Assembly: GCA_039588295.1 (NCBI GenBank)
Contig: JBDHAB010000006.1
Location: 128,001 to 192,000 of the forward strand
Source of the DNA: Gemmatimonadota bacterium
Lineage (GTDB): Bacteria; Gemmatimonadota; Gemmatimonadetes; Gemmatimonadales; GWC2-71-9
DNA length: 64,000 nucleotides
Direction: 5' to 3'
Part shown: positions 54,744 through 64,000 of the stretch, one piece after another
How the letters are laid out: each line of letters begins with the position of its first letter
How positions within the stretch are numbered: the first letter of the stretch is position 1
Notes under the pieces: model-generated
The model's database searches: none
Told to the model about the DNA's origin: nothing
Seen by the model: the letters and a program-made list of their open reading frames with translations, nothing else
Made by a program: the position numbers and the translations under genes

Positions 54744-57700
54744 GTGACGTTCGTGCAACGATTCCTTTTGCGGGTCGCATTGCTGCTTGCCGTGCTCGCG
54801 GTGTTGCCGCTCCGCCTGGCTCACGCCCAGGTCGGTGTGACCACCGACATCCTCACGGGTGTCGTCGTTGATGAGACCGGACAACCGCTCCCCGACGTCA
54901 CGATCGAGGCAATGTCGCTCGAGACGCAGATCACGCGAACGGCCACGACGGACCGTGCGGGCCGATACACCATTCTCTTCCCGGACGGCGGCGGGCAGTA
55001 TCGCATGTCTGCCCGGCTCATCGGCGCGATTCCCCAGACGGTGGTGCTGATCCGGCATGCCGACGAGGACCGGCTCATCTGGGATGTGCAGCTCCGGGAT
55101 GCCACGTTCGCGCTCGATCCCGTGGTGGTGACGGGTGACTCGACAATCCGTCGGGTCCAGATCCCCGATCGGCCGACACCGGGGACAACCCAACGGGCGT
55201 TCACGACGGGCATGATTGCCAATCTGCCCATCGATCCCGAGGATCTTGCGCTTCTCGCCGCACTCGTGCCCGGCGCAATCGTGATCGATGCCACGGACTC
55301 CACGGAAGCCGCGTTTTCCGTGGCGGGGCAGCGTCCGGACGCCAACGTGATGACGCTGGACGGGATGACCTTCGGCTCCGGCCAGATGCCGCAGGAAGGG
55401 CTGCGCGGAACGCGCGTCGTCACGAGCACATACGACGTGTCCCGCGGCCGGTTCAGCGGCGGGATGATGGCGTCGGTTACACGAAGTGGGGCGAATGCGG
55501 TGCAGTCGGCGTTGAGCTACTCGCTGCGGGATCACACACTTGCGTTCGAGGGTGATCAGGCGACCTCGTTCACGTCCGGGTTTACGCAACACGTCCTCGG
55601 CACAGGAGTGGGCGGGCCGCTAGTGCGCAACAAGCTGTTTGCGTTTGTGTCGGGGTCTGCCAGGCTTCGCCGCGATCCCGTCGCCTCATTGATGAGCGCG
55701 ACCGCAAGTGATCTGCAACGACTCGGCGTATCGCCGGATTCGGTGGACCGGTTCATCTCCCTCGTGGACGGAAATGGTGCTGCGCCCGAGAGCCGGTTTG
55801 ACGGGCGGCGCAAGAACGACCAGCTGACAGGGATGCTGCGCCTGGACTACCTGATCTCGAACCGCCACACGCTCATGCTGCGTGGTGATCTGCGCGATGT
55901 GGAACAGGAGCCAACTCGGCTCGGTGCAACCGCCCTGCCGGAAACCAGCGGTGACAACGCGACCTCCGGAGGGGGGGTGATGGCCAGCCTCTCCTCACAG
56001 TTCGGCCAACGACTCATCAACGAGATGCGGGCCTACGCGTCGACTAACACGCGTGCGGGAGATCCGTACTGGTATCTGCCGCAAGGACGCGTGCAGGTCG
56101 CATCGCTGCTCGAGGACGGTGCCGTCGGCATCAACACGCTCACGATGGGTGGTAACACCTCCATGCCGACAAACTCGAGCTCGAAGTCACTCGAGGTGAG
56201 TGACGAGTTCTCGTGGTTCCCGGGTCCGGCAGCCAGCCATCGACTGAAGATCGGCGGGCTCTTCCGTGCTGAGCGAACCAGTGATTTCCGATCCACCAAT
56301 CAGTGGGGGATCTTCACGTACAACGCGCTCGCGGATTTCGAGAGCGGCACGCCATCATCGTTTCGCCGGGTGCTGAATGCTCCCGACCGAACGAGTACGG
56401 CAGTCGAGTACGCGCTGTATGCTGCGGACGTGTGGATGCCGTCGCGCACCTTCCAAGTCAACTACGGACTCCGTGCCGAGGGTACGTCGTTGCGGAACCC
56501 GCCGGCGTACAATCCCGATCTCGACGCAAGTCTCGGCCTCCGAACCGACCGTCTGCCCTCCGAGTTCGACGTGAGCTCAAGGGTTGGGTTCACGTGGATG
56601 GTAGGTGGTGGGGGACTCGCCACGCCGCCAGCCCTCATCTTCCGCGGGGGCGTTGGGAAGTTCCGCAGTCCGATTTCGCTCGGCCTCGTTGCCCAGGCGC
56701 AGTCATCCACCGGCTTTTCGGATACGGAGACGCTGCTCCAATGCACGGGCACTGCCGTCCCCGTCCCCGACTGGAGGATGTATCAGGCGGACGCCGACAT
56801 GATCCCGAGCTCGTGCGCCGGTGCGCCGACCATCGTCGAGCAACGTGCGCCGACGGCGACCGTGTTTGCCCAGGATTACGCCGCTCCCAAAGCGTGGCGA
56901 GCGTCGCTCGGCGTGCAGCGAAACTTGACTACGCTGCTTCGACTCTCCGTCGACCTGGGGTACGCGAGGGGGGTCGACCAGTACGGATTCCGCGATCTCA
57001 ATCTCGACACGAGCGGAGGGTTTACCCTCGGCTCCGAAGCGGACCGACCCGTGTTCGTTCCACCGAGTTCGATCGTGCCCTCGAGGGGGACGCTGAACTC
57101 TCAGGCCGCGCGGCTCGACTCGTCCTACGCCGAGGTACTCGAGATCGGCTCCGACTTCGAGTCAGAGACGAAACAACTCAGCGTCTCGCTCAGTGGGGTC
57201 ACGCGCAATGGCATCGTACTCCGCACATCGTACACATGGTCCGACGTGCGTGACCAATCTTCTCAGAGCGCGCGTTTCGGCCCCGGCCGACTGGGTGGAA
57301 CGAGTACCTCCGGGAACCCGAACGAGCCCGAGTGGAGTCGAAGCGCCTACGAGCGACGGCACTCGCTCCTCGCCACCCTCAGTTATCCCTTCGGTGCGAG
57401 CCTCGATGTCACTGCGATCGGGCGGCTGAACTCGGGAACGCCATACACGCCGATGGTCGCGTCGGACATCAACGGTGACGGAGCGGCCAACGACCAGGCG
57501 TTCGTGCTCGATCCCGCAACGTCACCAGGAATGGCACAGCTGCTCGAGAGTGCCTCGGCGGGTGCACGCAAGTGTCTGGAAGGGCAGATCGGATCCATCG
57601 CGCAGCGGAACAGCTGCCTGGGGCCGTGGGAGGGGTCGCTGGAGTTCCAGATCAACTACCGGCCCAACTTTCTGGGGCTCAACCGGCGCGTGACGGTCTC

Positions 57701-58436
57701 CCTGACGACGATGAACCTGCTGCACGGGCTCGATCAGTTGTTCCACGGGACGGACGGCTTGAAGGGTTGGGGGATGCAGGCTCGGCCCGATCGACGGCTG
57801 CTGTACGTCACAGGCTTCGATCCGGTTCAGCAGCGGTTCCAGTATGCCGTGAACGAGCGGTTTGGCGCCAGCGATCCCCAGACGACGGCGTTCCGGCAGC
57901 CCTTCCAAATCGGGATTCAGGTTCGGGCGAGCCTCGGTCCCGACCGCGGACGCGACGCGTTGATGGCGTTACGGGGAGGTGGGGGTGGTCGGATGGGTGG
58001 TGCCATTGGTGGACGGCCGGGTGGTGGTAGGGGGGTGGGTGGAGCCTTCGGCAGGATGACCGGTGAGGATTTCTTGGATCGGTTCCGGTCACTCCTGATG
58101 AACCCGGCGGAGTTGGCACTGGAACATGTGGACACGCTGGAGCTCAGTCGAGACCAGGTGGAGCGCCTCGTCATTCTCCGTGACTCGCTCACGATGGCGA
58201 ACGACAGCCTGGCGGGGACGCTCCAAATGGAGATCGAGCAGGCGGCTGCCGATGACCCACGTGCGCTGATTGAGCTAATCCGGCCCCGCATGCAGGAAGC
58301 GCTGGAGAACGTGCGTCGGAGCCTGGAAGCGGTGCGAGGCGTTCTCACCGAGGAACAGTGGGGCCGGCTACCCGAACGGCTCCGGAACCTCGGGAACCGA
58401 CGGGGACCCGGGCGGCCCGGGCAGCGCCAGGAGTAG
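54744..58436 (+). CDS. Oar-like carboxypeptidase-regulatory / TonB-dependent receptor-like outer membrane protein with helical C-terminal extension
   Basis: Signal peptide, G.V.D..G.PL, TTDRAGRY, plug-like LDG and G.FSGG, GGPLVRNKLF, NYGLR, D.NGDG..ND. Confidence 0.8.
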   Translation: MTFVQRFLLRVALLLAVLAVLPLRLAHAQVGVTTDILTGVVVDETGQPLPDVTIEAMSLETQITRTATTDRAGRYTILFPDGGGQYRMSARLIGAIPQTVVLIRHADEDRLIWDVQLRDATFALDPVVVTGDSTIRRVQIPDRPTPGTTQRAFTTGMIANLPIDPEDLALLAALVPGAIVIDATDSTEAAFSVAGQRPDANVMTLDGMTFGSGQMPQEGLRGTRVVTSTYDVSRGRFSGGMMASVTRSGANAVQSALSYSLRDHTLAFEGDQATSFTSGFTQHVLGTGVGGPLVRNKLFAFVSGSARLRRDPVASLMSATASDLQRLGVSPDSVDRFISLVDGNGAAPESRFDGRRKNDQLTGMLRLDYLISNRHTLMLRGDLRDVEQEPTRLGATALPETSGDNATSGGGVMASLSSQFGQRLINEMRAYASTNTRAGDPYWYLPQGRVQVASLLEDGAVGINTLTMGGNTSMPTNSSSKSLEVSDEFSWFPGPAASHRLKIGGLFRAERTSDFRSTNQWGIFTYNALADFESGTPSSFRRVLNAPDRTSTAVEYALYAADVWMPSRTFQVNYGLRAEGTSLRNPPAYNPDLDASLGLRTDRLPSEFDVSSRVGFTWMVGGGGLATPPALIFRGGVGKFRSPISLGLVAQAQSSTGFSDTETLLQCTGTAVPVPDWRMYQADADMIPSSCAGAPTIVEQRAPTATVFAQDYAAPKAWRASLGVQRNLTTLLRLSVDLGYARGVDQYGFRDLNLDTSGGFTLGSEADRPVFVPPSSIVPSRGTLNSQAARLDSSYAEVLEIGSDFESETKQLSVSLSGVTRNGIVLRTSYTWSDVRDQSSQSARFGPGRLGGTSTSGNPNEPEWSRSAYERRHSLLATLSYPFGASLDVTAIGRLNSGTPYTPMVASDINGDGAANDQAFVLDPATSPGMAQLLESASAGARKCLEGQIGSIAQRNSCLGPWEGSLEFQINYRPNFLGLNRRVTVSLTTMNLLHGLDQLFHGTDGLKGWGMQARPDRRLLYVTGFDPVQQRFQYAVNERFGASDPQTTAFRQPFQIGIQVRASLGPDRGRDALMALRGGGGGRMGGAIGGRPGGGRGVGGAFGRMTGEDFLDRFRSLLMNPAELALEHVDTLELSRDQVERLVILRDSLTMANDSLAGTLQMEIEQAAADDPRALIELIRPRMQEALENVRRSLEAVRGVLTEEQWGRLPERLRNLGNRRGPGRPGQRQE

Positions 58437-58510
58437 GATCTTGCTGGCGCGGGCGTGCGACAAACTGCGCCTTGTCGGCCGCCATGATCGGCTCCAACCC
58501 CAAAAGACAC

Positions 58511-58542
58511 GAAAGCTCCCGGAGGCACCGGGAGCTTTCTTC
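58511..58542. terminator. Bidirectional intrinsic terminator
   Basis: Perfect 12-bp stem GAAAGCTCCCGG-AGGCA-CCGGGAGCTTTC between convergent genes. Confidence 0.8.
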
Positions 58543-58567
58543 GTCGTGCGGGAGGTGGAAGCTGCCG

Positions 58568-58978
58568 TTACGGTTTCTGCACCCGGAAATTGAGCGTGCC
58601 GGCCGTGCCGGACAGCACCACGTCGATCGACCAAATGCCCGAAGTACCGGCCGTCGTCTGGAACGTGCCGTTCTCCTCGAGGCTCCGGCTGTACACTTCC
58701 GTGCCGTCGGCGTCCCTGATCGTGAGGGTGGCGGAGCCGCCCGAGATGCTGGCCGACTGGTTCACGTTGGCCGACGTACCCGTGTTCTGCCAGGTGTAGT
58801 TGAGCGTCTGCGAGACGCTTTCCAGCGCTGAGACCTGCCACTGGAAGTTGTCCGTTGCGTTGGTGACCTCGAGCTGGTTCTGTGGGCCGATCAGGTTGTC
58901 GCTACAGGCAGCCAGGGCTCCCAGCGATAGACCGAGGATCACGGTCCAAAACCATCTGCGATGTATGCGAAGTGACAT
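58568..58978 (-). CDS. Small beta-rich lipoprotein of unknown function
   Basis: AAGGAG RBS, lipobox LAAC, Thr/Ser/Asn-rich beta strands. Confidence 0.7.
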   Translation of the reverse strand: MSLRIHRRWFWTVILGLSLGALAACSDNLIGPQNQLEVTNATDNFQWQVSALESVSQTLNYTWQNTGTSANVNQSASISGGSATLTIRDADGTEVYSRSLEENGTFQTTAGTSGIWSIDVVLSGTAGTLNFRVQKP

Positions 58979-59178
58979 CTCAACTCCTTGTGTTCGAGTG
59001 ATGCGCAGATCCATGTTGGGGTTGGAGAGGGGCAAGATCGGGGCCAGATCGGGTATGTCGGATAAGTCGTTTTAGATCAGTGGGATACGTTGATAACCTG
59101 CGCGACTACTGCCTATGACGAAATGGCGCAGAGTGCATGAGCGTGCAGTCTGCGCCGGTTCAGCAGACCTGGACTGCC

Positions 59179-60417
59179 TTACGCCCGTGATCCGTAGTGC
59201 CGCCGTGCGAATTCCCGCATGATGCCGGCTGGTGGCTGCCCGGCACGTAATGCGTTCGCCATGAAGCGCATTGCCGGGTCGACGTGATTGAAGAACCGAC
59301 GATAGCCTTCGCAGAGGTAGTTGAGTCCTGGCTCGCCGTCGGGTGTCTCGAGGATTCGGTTCTTCGGGCACCCGCCATTGCATACGAAGCGCACCTCGCA
59401 CGCCTGGCAGTACCGCGGTAACGTGTCGCGTTTTGCCTCGCCAAACGCTGCTTGCTCGCGCGACCCGACGAGCTGGACGAGCGGGGTGTTCTGAACGTTG
59501 CCGAGCAAATGTCGAGGCTCCACGAAATGATCGCAGGAGTAGAGATCTCCGGTGTGTTCGATCGCGAGCGCCGCGCCGCAGGTTTCCTGGAAGATGCAGA
59601 GTCCGGGTGGGTGGCCGACCCACGCGGCGAGCGCCACGTCGAACAGCTGCACGAACACGCGACCCACGTCCCGCTGTACCCACTCGTTGAAGATGGCGAC
59701 CAGGAACTCCCCGTACTGCCGACCGGTGACGGAGCGGTTGGTGACGTGGTTGCCCTCCTGAAAGCCGCTGTCGTTGTCGCGCTGGACGATGGGGATGAAC
59801 TGGACGAATCGCGTGTTGGCCTCGTCGCGGAGGAACCGGTAGACCTCGAGCGGGTGGCCGGCGTTTGCCGCGTGCACGGTCGTCAATACGTTGTACTCGA
59901 CGCCGTGCTGCTGGAGGAGTTGGAGCCCTTTCAGTACACCCTCGAACGTCGGTCGGCCGCCCTTGTCGACACGATACGCGTCGTGCAGTTGAGCTGGGCC
60001 GTCCAGGCTGATCCCAATCAGAAACTCGTGTTCCTTGAAGAAGCGACACCACTCATCGTCCAGGTGCAGTCCATTAGTCTGGATCGTATTCACGGTACGC
60101 ATGCCGGGTCGTTCGTACTTCCGTTGGAGTGCTATCGCCCGCTTGAAGAACTCGAGCCCCATGAGCAGGGGTTCGCCGCCCTGCCATTCGAACACGACTT
60201 CCGGCGCGGGCTGGGCTTGGATGTACTGGCGAGTGAAACTCTCCAGGACCGCTTCGTCCATCAGGAAATCAGATCCCGGGTAGAGCTTCTCTTTTGACAG
60301 ATAGTAGCAGTAGGCGCAGTCGAGGTCGCAGATCGCCCCACGTGGTTTGAGCATCACGTGGAATGGAGGGACGTTCAGGAGTCGCGCCGTGTCTCGGAAG
60401 TCGTCCGCCACGTTCAC
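59179..60417 (-). CDS. Anaerobic sulfatase maturase (radical SAM/SPASM)
   Basis: CDLDCAYC, WQGGEP, QTNG, ISLDGP, YSCDHF, SPASM CQAC...C.GGCPK. Confidence 0.92.
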   Translation of the reverse strand: MNVADDFRDTARLLNVPPFHVMLKPRGAICDLDCAYCYYLSKEKLYPGSDFLMDEAVLESFTRQYIQAQPAPEVVFEWQGGEPLLMGLEFFKRAIALQRKYERPGMRTVNTIQTNGLHLDDEWCRFFKEHEFLIGISLDGPAQLHDAYRVDKGGRPTFEGVLKGLQLLQQHGVEYNVLTTVHAANAGHPLEVYRFLRDEANTRFVQFIPIVQRDNDSGFQEGNHVTNRSVTGRQYGEFLVAIFNEWVQRDVGRVFVQLFDVALAAWVGHPPGLCIFQETCGAALAIEHTGDLYSCDHFVEPRHLLGNVQNTPLVQLVGSREQAAFGEAKRDTLPRYCQACEVRFVCNGGCPKNRILETPDGEPGLNYLCEGYRRFFNHVDPAMRFMANALRAGQPPAGIMREFARRHYGSRA

Positions 60418-60519
60418 CTCGATGGAGTGCGGATGGGATCCAGGTGATGCCCTCGACCTGGCATGTCAAACACCCGAGGCCTAGAATGGTGCAAGATATC
60501 ACGGGATGCGAAGCTCGTT

Positions 60520-62019
60520 ATGAGCAACCGCTGGGATCGCAGGACGTTCGTGAAGCATGTGGGGTTCGGCGCCACTGCACTTACCTTGCCGGGCCTGCAG
60601 TCGTGTAGCGCACGAAGTCGCCCACCCAACATCGTGTTCCTGCTCGCGGATGATCTGGGTTATGGCGAGTTGGGGAGCTACGGACAGCGGAAGATCCGTA
60701 CACCGCACCTCGATCGCTTGGCGGCGGAGGGAATGCGCTTCACCCAGCACTACTCCGGGAGCCCGGTGTGTGCGCCCGCGCGCTGCGTGCTGTTGACCGG
60801 GTTGCACACTGGCCACGCCTACATCCGGGATAACGATGAGATGCCCGAGCGAGGGGATGTGTGGCACGACCCGGCCCTGGAGGGGCAGCGGCCGTTGCCC
60901 TCAGGTACCGAAACCATCGGGACGATGTTGCAGGACGCCGGCTACCGGACGGGTGCGATCGGCAAGTGGGGCCTGGGAGGTCCTGGGAGCAGCGGTGAGC
61001 CCAATCGCCAGGGGTTCGATCACTGGTATGGGTACCTGTGCCAGCGAATCGCGCACAACTACTACCCGACGCATCTGTGGCGGAATACCGACAAGGACGT
61101 GCTCGAGGGCAACGAGTACTTCTTTCCCCACCAGCGGTTGCCCGAGGACGCCGACTCGGATGACCCCGCGTCGTATGAGCCGTACCGCGGCACGCAGTAC
61201 TCGATGGATTTGATGGCCGAGGACGCGCTCGCCTTCATTCGTCGGAATCGGGATCGCCCGTTCTTCCTGTTCGTCCCGTTCACGGTGCCTCATGTCGCCC
61301 TGCAGGTTCCCGAGGATTCGCTGGACGATTACGGTGATGCCTTTGCGGAAACGCCGTACCGTGGCGACAAGGGATATCTTCCGCACCGCACGCCGCGCGC
61401 CGCGTACGCGGCGATGATCACGCGCATGGATCGCGAGATCGGGCGGATCATGGCACTTCTGGATGAGCTCGGTCTGGACGACGACACCATTGTGTTCTTC
61501 ACGAGCGACAATGGTCCTACGTTCAACGGTGGGACAGATTCGGAGTTCTTCGAGAGTGCGGGACCATTACGGGGTTTGAAGACGACGCTGTACGAAGGAG
61601 GGATCCGCGTGCCGCTGATTGCCCGGTGGCCGGGTCGGATCGCCGCGGGATCGGTGAGCGACCACCCATCGGCATTCTGGGATTTCCTGCCAACCTTCGC
61701 CGAGCTGGCAGGTGGTGACGTGGCCCGGGAGACCGACGGGCTCTCGTTGATGCCGACGCTGACTGGTCACTCCCGGGATCAATCCCGACACGAGTACCTG
61801 TACTGGGAGTATCGGGGCGGGCAGGCAGTGCGGCTGGATAACTGGAAGGCAGTGCGTCACGGGGTGGACCGTGACATTGAGCTCTACGATCTCTCAAACG
61901 ATATCGCTGAGGAGCACGACGTCTCCGGGGAGAACCCGGAGGTGGTTGCAAGGATCAGAGACATCATGCGGAACGGGCGGTCCGAGTCAGAGCTGTTCCC
62001 ACTGCTGCGGGGGTCTTGA
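60520..62019 (+). CDS. Tat-exported Cys-type arylsulfatase
   Basis: Tat motif DRRTFVK, ADDLGYG, FGly motif CAPAR...LTG, GKWGLG, SDNG. Confidence 0.92.
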   Translation: MSNRWDRRTFVKHVGFGATALTLPGLQSCSARSRPPNIVFLLADDLGYGELGSYGQRKIRTPHLDRLAAEGMRFTQHYSGSPVCAPARCVLLTGLHTGHAYIRDNDEMPERGDVWHDPALEGQRPLPSGTETIGTMLQDAGYRTGAIGKWGLGGPGSSGEPNRQGFDHWYGYLCQRIAHNYYPTHLWRNTDKDVLEGNEYFFPHQRLPEDADSDDPASYEPYRGTQYSMDLMAEDALAFIRRNRDRPFFLFVPFTVPHVALQVPEDSLDDYGDAFAETPYRGDKGYLPHRTPRAAYAAMITRMDREIGRIMALLDELGLDDDTIVFFTSDNGPTFNGGTDSEFFESAGPLRGLKTTLYEGGIRVPLIARWPGRIAAGSVSDHPSAFWDFLPTFAELAGGDVARETDGLSLMPTLTGHSRDQSRHEYLYWEYRGGQAVRLDNWKAVRHGVDRDIELYDLSNDIAEEHDVSGENPEVVARIRDIMRNGRSESELFPLLRGS

Positions 62020-62086
62020 CCCACGCCGCTGCCTACGACTGCCCCACGTTGCGGGCGGGGGGCGCGGCAAGGCCTCGGCTGGGCTC

Positions 62087-63310
62087 TCAAAAATACAGGG
62101 TTGCTCGCGCGATTCCCGAGTAGAGTCCTGGCGGGAAGACACCGTCGGCGTTGCCGAGTGTGAGTCCGCCGAAGACCACGAGGTCGAGGTTCTGTGCGAG
62201 TGACGCGTCGATCCGCGGATTGACCACGAACGACCCGTCCAACGCGACAAACACATACAGGCTTCCCAGGACCAGATCCGAGAGGTCCCGACGTACCCCC
62301 GCCAACATCCATCCGCTGCCCACCGGTTCGCCGTAAAGGACGTTCGCGAGCCAATCGTGCAGCGGGTACGGCGCGTCCGCTGGCGATCGTCCGTTGTACA
62401 GCGCCTCAGCCAGCAGGTAGGTCCCGTCGTTCAGGGTGTAGTCGATGCCGAGCACGGCGCGCACGAAGTCGGCTTCGTCGTCCAGCGCGTTCCAGTTGCC
62501 CTCCAACCACACACCCAGCCCAAGCAGCTCGCCTGACAACCCCACTCCCACGGCGTGGCGCCGTTGGGTGTAGGGCTCAAGCGTGGACGGACGCAGGGCG
62601 GTGGAATCGGTGACGCGGTGGACCGTGAGCGCGACATCGTAACCGATGGCATTGACGTGCGTCCCCACGCGGAGCGCGTAGCCGGTTCGATCGATGTCCT
62701 TCTTGGGTGCCGCGATGACCGAGGCCTGTCCGCCGAGTCCCCAGCGGTAATCCAGTCGCAGCGCCGTTACGCCTTCCTTCTCGTAGGTAGGGTCCAGCAG
62801 GTCCTTGCGGTGAAACAGATCGGTCGGGTTGAAGCTGTACGCGGGTCCCCAGGACAGCTGTTGCTTCCCGGCGCGGACGCGGAGTCCTCCCGTACTCCAA
62901 GTCACGAACAGGTTGTCCACGAAGAACCGGGCGCGATCCACGCTGAACGTGTCGGGCACGCCAATGGCGGCCATCTCCCGGGCGACGGCGTCGGGTAGGT
63001 ACGGACTCAAGCGGCGCGAGCGGGCGCCGAGCGCCACGATGAGGTTCACGTTGCCCTGGATTTCGAGTCCACGGAATGGTGCGCCGCCGACGTCGAACCG
63101 AACTTTGGATGCGTCGAGCACCTGGCCCTTCGCCTCTTGCGTGTAGTCGGCCTGAAGGGTGTTCTCCACGTAGCCCGAGTACTCGACGATTTGCGCGGCG
63201 AGTGGGGAGGCAAAGACGACCGCGACGAGGGTGATCGCGCCTCGGGGCGCATGCCGCACGAGACCGGACGCCTGACGCTTCACGTCGCTCACCACGACTT
63301 GCCTCGTCAC
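62087..63310 (-). CDS. Putative outer-membrane beta-barrel, paralog of 17201-18385
   Basis: GKQQLSWG...FNPTDLF.....PTYEKEGV, C-terminal TLYF. Confidence 0.65.
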   Translation of the reverse strand: MTRQVVVSDVKRQASGLVRHAPRGAITLVAVVFASPLAAQIVEYSGYVENTLQADYTQEAKGQVLDASKVRFDVGGAPFRGLEIQGNVNLIVALGARSRRLSPYLPDAVAREMAAIGVPDTFSVDRARFFVDNLFVTWSTGGLRVRAGKQQLSWGPAYSFNPTDLFHRKDLLDPTYEKEGVTALRLDYRWGLGGQASVIAAPKKDIDRTGYALRVGTHVNAIGYDVALTVHRVTDSTALRPSTLEPYTQRRHAVGVGLSGELLGLGVWLEGNWNALDDEADFVRAVLGIDYTLNDGTYLLAEALYNGRSPADAPYPLHDWLANVLYGEPVGSGWMLAGVRRDLSDLVLGSLYVFVALDGSFVVNPRIDASLAQNLDLVVFGGLTLGNADGVFPPGLYSGIARATLYF

Positions 63311-63320
63311 ATGGTTGGGC

Positions 63321-64000
63321 TCACGGAATCCGGCGGCTCAACGCGGCTTTTGTGAAGAGCGACCGGTCCGGTTCGATGGCGAAGGTGGTTTCGAGCGTCT
63401 CGAGCACGGTCCGCGACGCTTCGCGGTGGTTCACCATCTCGAGTCTGAGCGCGACCGTGCGGCCCTCTATGGTCTGGAAATTGCTCAGCGTGAGCGTCTT
63501 CAGGTGATGGTTCTCGTCGTAGTACTCGATTCGGCGCGTGAGGTGATCAGTGATGCCGGCCCACAGGATCAGATGATTGTAGGACGGGCCGCTCTCCGTC
63601 GGCGTGCATCGTAGCTTCACCGTCTCCACGCCATCGGTGACCGCGGTGTCGAGTACTTGGGCGGTGTAATCCTCCGTGAGGTCGCCCATCGCGAGGTCCT
63701 CGTACGAGAAGTCGGATCCCATCGCGCTCTGCTTACGGTTATGCCCTGCGAAGTGCCGAGTTACATCACGGCGCTTCATGTAGTACCAGAACTGGTCGCC
63801 GCCTTCGAGCTGTAGGATCTTGTCGTCGGCAACCCGCCGCGGTTCAACGTAGGCCATGAGCGAGACGTCACCATTCTCGGCGGACCACGCCCGGATCGTA
63901 AATGTTCGCTCCGAACCGCCCGACGTGGTAATCGTCTGTCGCAGCACCGAGTAAGAATGCGGGATCCGCTCGGCGGCTTCGATACGCTGGAGCCAGGCAG
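63321..64000 (-). CDS. LolA-like outer membrane lipoprotein-sorting protein (5' end off the window)
   Basis: MGSDFSYEDL, IEYYD....LKTL. Confidence 0.8.
   Translation of the reverse strand, partial: AWLQRIEAAERIPHSYSVLRQTITTSGGSERTFTIRAWSAENGDVSLMAYVEPRRVADDKILQLEGGDQFWYYMKRRDVTRHFAGHNRKQSAMGSDFSYEDLAMGDLTEDYTAQVLDTAVTDGVETVKLRCTPTESGPSYNHLILWAGITDHLTRRIEYYDENHHLKTLTLSNFQTIEGRTVALRLEMVNHREASRTVLETLETTFAIEPDRSLFTKAALSRRIP

Noticed and set aside
1..64000. CRISPR arrays, tRNA/rRNA genes, transposases, integrases or prophage genes
   Set aside because: No regularly spaced repeats, cloverleaf signatures or such protein motifs seen by eye; an Infernal/tRNAscan run would be needed to exclude small RNAs.

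Overview
A GC-rich, gene-dense bacterial chromosomal window. The gene content (Hanks-type kinases with TolB-like/TPR modules, an Oar-like carboxypeptidase-regulatory/TonB-type receptor, many exported hydrolases) suggests Gemmatimonadota; this is inference only. I found no rRNA, tRNA, CRISPR array or mobile element by eye. Contents, left to right: a partial phosphotransferase-M23-class III aminotransferase fusion missed by the ORF track; DUF2461; thioredoxin-VKOR fusion; S9 peptidase; an unannotated 33-aa Lys/Arg-rich peptide gene; menA-like prenyltransferase; esterase; MIO ammonia-lyase; serine hydrolase; ECF sigma/anti-sigma/YbjQ/hydrolase operon; GbsR-type regulator with LolCDE-like ABC transporter, LolA-like protein and beta-barrel; PAS-GGDEF; isocitrate dehydrogenase with a CxxC-x9-CxxC insert in the active-site loop; a ~15 kb nine-gene MoxR/vWA/DUF58/DUF4159/DUF4175 envelope cluster; two Ser/Thr kinases; csp-rpsU-B12 radical SAM; ppc; penicillin acylase family; TonB-like receptor with an LTxxQ tail; sulfatase plus maturase; and a second LolA-like/beta-barrel module. 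All family calls come from motif recognition, not database searches, and several start codons are my best estimates.
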